From assembly GCA_951406725.2 (NCBI GenBank), contig OX597835.1, positions 43,958,001 through 44,022,000 on the forward strand: a DNA stretch of 64,000 nucleotides, in the 5' to 3' direction. Source of the stretch: Octopus vulgaris. Lineage: Eukaryota. The translations under genes and the position numbers were made by a program. The notes below the pieces were generated by a model. It did no database searches. It was not told the origin of the DNA and saw only the letters and a program-made list of their open reading frames with translations. Shown in pieces: positions 56,209 through 64,000 of the stretch; positions within the stretch are counted from its first letter, which is position 1, and each line of letters opens with the position of its first letter.

Positions 56209-56590
56209 GAAGCACTCCGTCGGTTACGACGACGAGGGTTCCGGTTGATCCGAATCAACGGAACAGCCTGCTCGTGAAATTAACGTGTAAGTGGCTGAGC
56301 ACTCCACAGACACGTGTACCCTTAACGTAGTTCTCGGGGATATTCAGCGTGACACAGAGAGTGACAAGGCCGGCCCTTTGAAATACAGGTACAACAGAAA
56401 CAGGAAGTAAGAGTGAGAGAAAGTTGTGGTGAAAGAGTACAGCAGGGATCACCACCATCCCCTGCCGGAGCCTCGTGGAGCTTTTAGGTGTTTTCGCTCA
56501 ATAAACACTCACAATGCCCGGTCTGGGAATCGAAACCGCGATCCTACGACCGCGGGTCCGCTGCCCTAACCACTGGACCATTGCGCCTCC
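56203..56590 (-). mobile_element. tRNA-derived SINE, family C (full length) in (TA)n
   Basis: Head GGAGGCGCAATGGTCCAGTGGTTAGG...GGTTTCGATTCCC; tail ...GTAACCGACGGAGTGCTTCCAACAA. Confidence 0.88.
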
Positions 56591-56767
56591 TATATATATA
56601 TATATAAAGTGTAAGCACCTGTATATGCCAGCTAGTAGCAGAGGTGAGAGGGTATATGCATCAAATGAAATAAAAAACAGAACATAAAGGACCATTATAG
56701 ATAATACCAAATGTACCTTTTCGGATTTTTCATAATGTGATGTAAGTATTTGGTGTAGCAATTGCAT

Positions 56768-56860
56768 GCGGCTGAAGAGAGCTTTAAACCATCCTTTTTG
56801 TCGATTATACATTGATGTAAAAATAGGTTGTTTTTATAAAGCTTGAAACACGTGTACCGT
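56768..56860 (+). ncRNA. Type I hammerhead ribozyme, intact core, within TA-flanked island 56607-56895
   Basis: GCGG-CTGAAGA-GAGCTTTA..50 nt..TAAAGCTT-GAAA-CACGTG-TA-CCGT; GUA site at 56854-56856. Confidence 0.82.
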
Positions 56861-57256
56861 GACATCCTTTGTGTTCTGTTTTTTATTTCATTTGATATAT
56901 ATATATATATATATGTGTTCTTTCACTTGAATTCTGCTTTTGAAAGGTTATTTGCATCTTGCATTAATGAAGGCATGTAAGTAATTTATTTATTGTTAAA
57001 CATAAAAATATAAACTATTTATACATTTTTAAGTTACAAAACAATTTGTTGCGAAATTAGAATTTTCTTATTGTTGAATAAAATTTCCTCATAATTTTTC
57101 CCTCGTCATTCATGGATTTATACAGTTCTTATCATTTTCTCTTGCACCATAATACATATTGTACATGTTTTGTAGAATCCTACATTAAGCAGCTTTATTT
57201 ATGATTACTTGAATTACCGGATTACTTGAATCCATATACTGTGACTTGAATATATA

Positions 57257-57292
<36 letters not shown>

Positions 57293-57375
57293 AAAACATA
57301 CGTACATACACACACACACATACTTACATGCAGACAGATGCACACTTATATATATATATATATATTCACCGGTTT

Positions 57376-57422
57376 CTGGTGCTGAGGAGAGATAACCACT
57401 CCGACAGGCATGCATCCACCAG
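57376..57422 (+). ncRNA. Decayed type I hammerhead
   Basis: CTGGTG-CTGAGGA-GAG ATAACCA CTC C-GACA-GGCATGCA-TC-CACCAG; 6 bp stem I, GAAA mutated to GACA. Confidence 0.6.
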
Positions 57423-57651
57423 TCTGATTAGGGGTCGCTGCGAACCGATTTTGTGTGGTGTGTTTACACGTATCTGTTTTCAGCGAGCAATTTTCTTTGT
57501 GACAAAATACAGTGAATGACTTTCTTACGGGTTCGAATTGACCTAAAGCATATTTGAACTGGTAACAAGTTTGTATTTATATGCATGAAAACTTAGCGAT
57601 TTTATTCTGCACAAATACAAACATACATACATACATACATAATACATACAT

Positions 57652-57758
<107 letters not shown>

Positions 57759-57761
57759 ATG

Positions 57762-57960
57762 TTGAACCGTTAATCCCTACAGCTTCTTTCTCACCGTTTT
57801 TCCTTTCGTTCTCTCTGCATTTCCACCTCTCAATCGTTTCTTTCGAAAAGCGTAGGCTCGAAGCGTCAAGAGCTTTTCCATTCTTGCCGATTGTTAAATC
57901 AATATACCTGCTTGTTGTTCCCTAACCTGTCTTTTTCTTTTGTTTTGTGTAAATTTGGAC
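57762..57960 (+). mobile_element. Family H repeat, decayed hammerhead-like motif (57836-57871)
   Basis: GAAAAGCGTAGGCTCGAAGCGTCAAGAG; TA runs on both sides. Confidence 0.7.
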
Positions 57961-58159
57961 TATATATATATATAGTATGGGTGGCTAATTCGCAATTTTA
58001 CAACCTAAGGGCAAACATTTACACGTCACTACAGAGAAAACAAGGGCATTAATTAGCACCAGTATTGCTAGAAATAAGTGTCAAAACAACTCAACAGCCA
58101 ACGAAAACACTACCTTAATGAGCTGACAAAGGAGACAAGCTCCCCATTGTCGCAGATAC

Positions 58160-58220
58160 AACCAGGTCATCGATGATTTTACGTTCTGATGATAATGCAT
58201 CTTAACGCTCATCAGTGGTT
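58160..58220 (-). ncRNA. Decayed type I hammerhead within TA-flanked island 57975-58261
   Basis: AACCA-CTGATGA-GCGTT..AACGT-AAAA-TCATCGATGA-CC-TGGTT; G12A and U16.1C. Confidence 0.6.
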
Positions 58221-58272
58221 CTCACCACACATAGGCTTAAACTCATCTCGCCTTGTCACCCTATATATGTAT

Positions 58273-58367
<95 letters not shown>

Positions 58368-58369
<2 letters not shown>

Positions 58370-58535
58370 GAGAATTCACGAAAAAACAAAAGACGAAGAC
58401 AGGTGGTATAGACAATAGACAGATGTATTAGTTTAACGCCCAGGAAGTGAAAAAGTCTTTAACGTTTCGAGCCTACGCTCTTCCACAGAAAGAAACAAGG
58501 AGAGAAAATAAAGAATGTGTAGCGGCTAGCGACGG
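58368..58535 (-). mobile_element. Family H repeat with a minimal hammerhead-like motif (58457-58492)
   Basis: CTTT-CTGTGGA-A-GAGC-GTAG-GCTC-GAAA-CG-TT-AAAG. Confidence 0.75.
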
Positions 58536-59187
58536 TGGGCTTACACAATTTTTTCATCTACGAAATTCATAATATGGTATTGGCTCGGGGTCATTCAAGG
58601 AGACTGTTAACCAAGAGTCTGTGCAATGGGGCTGAACCCAAATCTACGAGGCCACAGAACGAGCTTGTAGCCATATAGGAAACGTTTTTGTGGATTTTTG
58701 GCATGTCATCGGGACGTCAGGAAATTACTAAACGGAAGCTATATCTGCACAATTCACGCATTTCTAATAAAAGAGAGTTCACAAATTTTAATGAGCGTTC
58801 TATTAAAATATTGTTATGAAAGAACCTGAAAGTGGTTGCTTGACTCATTTCCAAAAAATAGCTGTCAAGTATCCTTCGAATAATACCTTATCGTTTTACA
58901 AATAAATGGAATAGATTCACAAGGTGATTGTTATAAAGACAGCTAAGATGGTCATGTGAGGATATCCTTATTATACATATGTTGATATATATATGCGTAT
59001 AAATACAGGTATGCATACACATTCACACACACCAACACACACACAATATAAACATTTATTCGAAATAGGTTTGTCTTCTTCATTGCGACGCAACGCAAGC
59101 GAAAATTTATAAAAAGCCTGAGAACTAGGGAAACATGCAATCGTTCAATTTAGGAAACCAAATAAACTCTACTACATGAGTGTGTGC

Positions 59188-59265
<78 letters not shown>

Positions 59266-59779
59266 GTATATATGTAATGTATGTATATGCGTGTGTGTAT
59301 GTTTGTGCGTGGTAGAATAGGAAGGAATTAATTGCTCGTGGGATGTGTTAGACTGTAACAACCACATGCAACTAACAGCAATTGAAATTGTAAAAAAATT
59401 GTATAAAAAATAAAAGGGGACTCAGCAAAAAAAAAAAAAGATATAAAAACCCAGAAATTATAAAACGTCACCCCATCCCCCTACTCCCCAACAGAACATT
59501 CGTCAGCAATGAAAAGGCTCACACCCGCATTCCTCTACTAAAAAAAAAAGACTCCACAAACAAAACACAAACCAACAACGTGATACAAGTATCAAGTCCA
59601 AAGAATCCATGCGAAACCCTCACCAAACCGTTACAAAACAACTCTCTCTCTCTGCCTGTCCGTCTCTCCCTCTCTCTCCCGCTTTCTCTTTCTCCCTCTC
59701 GCTCTCCTCTTCCCCTGTCCTCCTGTTCCTCTCCCCTTCTCTCTCTATATACATATTGATGTATATGTGTATACATGTC

Positions 59780-59833
<54 letters not shown>

Positions 59834-59929
59834 CACATATATATGTTCTTGTGTGTGTGCACCTATATGCATATATATATATGTAGGTATATGTATGCAT
59901 ACATATATATATATATATATATATATGTG

Positions 59930-59976
<47 letters not shown>

Positions 59977-60232
59977 GTGTATATATACATACATATATGA
60001 AGTTTGTTACTTGTGCACCAGATAATTTACTGCGAGACTGATATAATTGGATCCCATGATGGTAGCAACCATTTATTTATTTATCTATCTATTTATTTAT
60101 TTATTTATTTATTTATTTACTCGTATCCTTTTAGTTATTTCTATTCGTTTCTACGTTTGTTTGTCTTTTATTTATTTTTTTCATTTCGTTCATTTGCTGT
60201 TGACTTCTTACTACGCTTCTTACGTGCATATG

Positions 60233-60263
<31 letters not shown>

Positions 60264-60266
60264 TTC

Positions 60267-60309
<43 letters not shown>

Positions 60310-61171
60310 TCCTCATTCACTCGTTCGATCTCTCATTTCGTTCGTTTGTGTTTTCGATCCCAATGTATTTGCTTCGGCTAATGTAATTATTACAGCGTTG
60401 AGGGAATTAGAGAAATGATGTTAATAATGAGGGCCACAACGATTACGACGACGACGACGATAATAATGATGATGATGATGATGATGACTGCGATAGTAAT
60501 TGGTGTTGTGTTGAGGTTGCTCGTGATGGCGATGGTGGTGATAATGATAATAGCGATGATGATGATGCCGAAGACAGCAATAATAATAAAATAGCAACAA
60601 CAACAACAACAATAACAACAACAACGACAATATTCGTAATAAATATTTAAATTTTCGCATAAGGCTTGAAATTTTAAAGTAGGGGCAGGGGTTGTTTTCT
60701 TCATTCGCAAGATTGTATCCCAATATTTGCACTATGATGGATCTCTCCTTCTGTCTATGATGAAGGACAAGCATTCGAAACGTTAGAATTCTCGTTTGTA
60801 TCACAAAACAACATAAAACACGTTTCACCGTGTCATATATTCGCATCAACATCTAGCAAACTCGATACATGACTGACAACGGCCTGGCCACTTACTCTCT
60901 GGGACGTGGTTGCCCAGACAGACTCAAGGATCAAATCAAACAATTTTGACTTAGTAATCAAAGTCATGTAAAAAAAAACCTCTCTGCTCTAATTGTCATC
61001 TCGAACCATTTGATCAAAGGATTGCCTAAGAGGAGATATATAATCTGTCCAGTAACGGCTGGACATGAACAAACGATAAACCATATTAATGATGTTTTAA
61101 GCAATTAATTTCTTAACGTCGATAGATACAACCTACATTATACGCCAGATACTTGACACTTCAAAAACATA

Positions 61172-61239
<68 letters not shown>

Positions 61240-61241
<2 letters not shown>

Positions 61242-61362
61242 GACGGGTTTCTTTTAGTTTCCGTCTACCATATCCATTCGCAAGTCTTTGGTCGGCCCAA
61301 GGTTCCACGCAGTGGGACTGAAGCCATGACACTGTGGTTGGGAAGCAAGCCCGCCTATGCCT
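61240..61362 (-). mobile_element. Family A SINE 5' fragment
   Basis: AGTTTCCGTCTACCA..CCACGCAGTGGGACTGAA. Confidence 0.75.
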
Positions 61363-61694
61363 ATATAGTTACTACCCGTTTGTTTATCGTAATCCTCATA
61401 AGACAATCAACAGGTAATCGCACTAAGCAACACAATCTGCTCACCTGGCATTTCATCTACACTGCATCTACCTTATAAGATGAATTGCTTTTTTGATACG
61501 GGGTTATATATGGCTAGTGGTTATGAGTTGAAAGCCGTTGGTCGATGACATTGGCCTCAGTACTTGATTGGTATATCGACCCACAAAGATCAAATGTATT
61601 GATGACGAAGGCGGATGTGAAACCAGAACGCTTTGACGAGTCTGCCAACTCAACGACCACCACCACAACAACAACAATAATAATAATAATAATC

Positions 61695-61905
61695 ATTTCT
61701 GCTAAAGGTACAAGGCCTGGAATTTTGGGGAGGGGGATAGTCGATTGCATCGAGCCTAGTACTCAACTCGTACTTATTTTATCGACCCCAAAAGCATAAA
61801 AGGCAAAGTCGACCCCGGCAGAATTTGAACTCAGATCGCAAAGACCCACGAAATACCGCTGAGCATTTTTCCCGGCGCTCAAACGATTCTGCCAGCTTGC
61901 GGCCT
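61695..61905 (-). mobile_element. Family B SINE (variant tail)
   Basis: AAAGGCAAAGTCGACCCCGGCAGAATTTGAACTCAGA...AACGATTCTGCCAGCT. Confidence 0.8.
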
Positions 61906-62200
61906 GAACCACAACGATAATAATAATACTGATGATGATGATGATGTTGATGATGATGATGGTGATGATGATTTCTTTTATTGGCTACAGGGGCCCAATA
62001 CATGGAGGACATATCAAAGGACGCATTACAACACACAAAAACAAAAACAGGAGGGGTTTACATCGACCAAAACGAGACACTACCAAGTAGACACCAATGG
62101 ATGTATACTAAAAATTAGGAAAATACATAATTTGGTAAATAATTAGAATCCCCAATAGCAGGGCAGTCACCCTAGGGTAATTTGGGGTAAATCCTACGCA

Positions 62201-62231
<31 letters not shown>

Positions 62232-62444
62232 AAAATACAGCATTCCGTTGCCATCCCAAATGCCCTCTTCGAGTTTATTTGCTCCTGCTTAGAAAAAGCA
62301 AACTCAGAGTGAATCACTTCAGTCTTACCAGTCTTGCCATTCCCGTCCACCTTTGGATCAATACACTAGAGGGCAGCACTTCCCTGTCTACTTTCACCTT
62401 CCGATAATAATTATAATAATGATAATAATGATAATTGTAATAAT

Positions 62445-62945
62445 TATCTTTTCTATTATAGGCACAAGGCTTGGAATTATGGCGGTAGTGGGATGGTTAG
62501 TCGATTACATCGACCCCAGTCTTTGATTTGTACTTATTTCATCGACCCTGAAACGATGAAAGACAAAGTTATATATTAACTCATAACGTAAATACATTTT
62601 GCTTGACGCGCTAAGGATTTTACAAGCTCGCCAGTAATAACAATCCGGTCTACTATAGGCACAAGGCCGGAAATTACATCGACTCCAGTGCTCAGCTAGT
62701 ATTTATTTATCGACCCCGAAAAGACGGACGAAATGCCGCTGACGAGTCTGCCAAGGTACGAGGCCAACGATTTGGTAGTGGGGTTGACTCCCGGAAACCA
62801 TCGATCCCAGCACTTTAATCATAGTATATTTCGTCGACTCCTCGAAGACGGAAAGACAAAGTTAACGTAGGCGGTATTTGAACTCAGAATGTAAACTGCC
62901 GGACTAAGTACCACAAATCTGTTTTTCCGATGGTCTGATAAGTCT
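62445..62945 (-). mobile_element. Three tandem decayed family B SINE copies
   Basis: Repeated TATAGGCACAAGGC..ATTACATCGAC.CCAGT..TATTT..ATCGACCC units. Confidence 0.65.
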
Positions 62946-63814
62946 AACAGCATATGTTGTGATACACTTGCATAACCAATATCCGACATCACATCAACGA
63001 GAGCAACTACGAGTGCGCTACCGATTATTATAACAGAACCCACATTGCACATACTCTGTGTAATCACAGCACCACAAAACTAAAACAAATAACAAAATAG
63101 AAACAGAACCCAACAAAATAATTCATCTGCGAGTTACTGTTTACATCTCGTTCAGATATTTATTATTGCTTGCAGACAGTTTTTCGAAATCAGTGACGGA
63201 AGTTACTAGAAAAACCCTTAAGTATTTGCAAACAGGTCTTCCTTTTCATCGTAAAGCGGTGATTACCGTACGTTGACTAGAGGCAAATTACCTCGAACCT
63301 GCAGTCCGTACGTATCACTAAGGCTTACGAGAAAGGGGTGACCTCCTTTTGCAAATACCATAAGGGCACAGATAGTGTGCCTAAAGCCAGCTGAAGACGA
63401 TGATCTCCTGGGGCTAAAAGCTACAGTAACACCCACCCTTAGTGGTTAGCTATATTGATGGCTAGTATACTTTATGTTGTCGTGCAGTTACTGTTTACAT
63501 CTCGTTCAGAGATTTATTATTGCATAGACTGCATATTTCTCACACGAAATGGACGAAGTGTTATGTGCCAAAAACAACAAACCCCGCAACGATGCAAAAC
63601 CGATTTAATGTATAAAATACATTTCTATATTCCCAAAAGACAAGACAACACGCACACAAAGGAGACGGGCTGGCTTGGAGTGGTGCAGTAGAAATTTGCA
63701 TAAGCCTGGTAAAGACACGATGGCGATGGTGTTACCGATGATGATGAGGAGGATGAAAGTAAGCACGATGATGATGACGACGACAACAATAATAGAGGTT
63801 TATAATTAGACACA

Positions 63815-64000
63815 GAGCCAGCAATTTTGAGCAGTGAGGGGGTAAATCGATAGCATTGGCGTCAATCACTGTATTTAAATGGAACTTCATTCTATTGATC
63901 TCGAGGGTGATGAATGGCAAGGGAGACCTCGGAAGATCTTGAGCTCAGACAGTAAAGAGTGGGGATAAATACTGCAAGGAATTTTGTCAGTCGTTCCAAA
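63815..64000 (-). mobile_element. Decayed family B SINE, runs off the window end
   Basis: GATGAATGGCAAGGGAGACCTCGGAAGATCTTGAGCTCAGA resembles the family B body. Confidence 0.5.

Noticed and set aside
56515-56590. tRNA gene (also other SINE heads)
   Set aside because: A/B boxes are present but there is no complete cloverleaf, and the sequence continues into a multicopy SINE body.
61975-62400. Possible LINE 3' end on the minus strand
   Set aside because: No protein motif could be read to support a call.

Overview
This is a eukaryotic, AT-rich, extremely microsatellite-rich non-coding window (intronic or intergenic). The repeat repertoire looks like a coleoid cephalopod, most likely Octopus; this is my recognition of the repeats, not a database result. 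I find no intact host protein-coding gene, rRNA, true tRNA or CRISPR array. Nearly all listed ORFs are translations of simple repeats. Real content: (i) many copies of at least three tRNA-derived SINE families; (ii) decayed R4/Dong-type RLE LINE pieces sitting in (TAA)n/(GAA)n arrays; (iii) RTE and CR1 LINE fragments; (iv) mariner transposase pseudogenes, mariner-derived and Tigger-like MITEs, and a Helitron-like 3' end; (v) a Penelope-like (GIY-YIG) retroelement remnant whose inverted terminal repeats each contain a type I hammerhead ribozyme. The most striking signal is a set of sequence-unrelated 150-350 bp islands, mostly inside or beside (TA)n arrays, that each carry a type I hammerhead-ribozyme fold with a palindromic stem III. 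Two have a fully canonical core (30404-30502, 56768-56860). One multicopy family has a recurrent non-A at position 6, one carries an apparent G3:C8 compensatory swap, and several are decayed or truncated. All folds were read by eye and no activity is shown.
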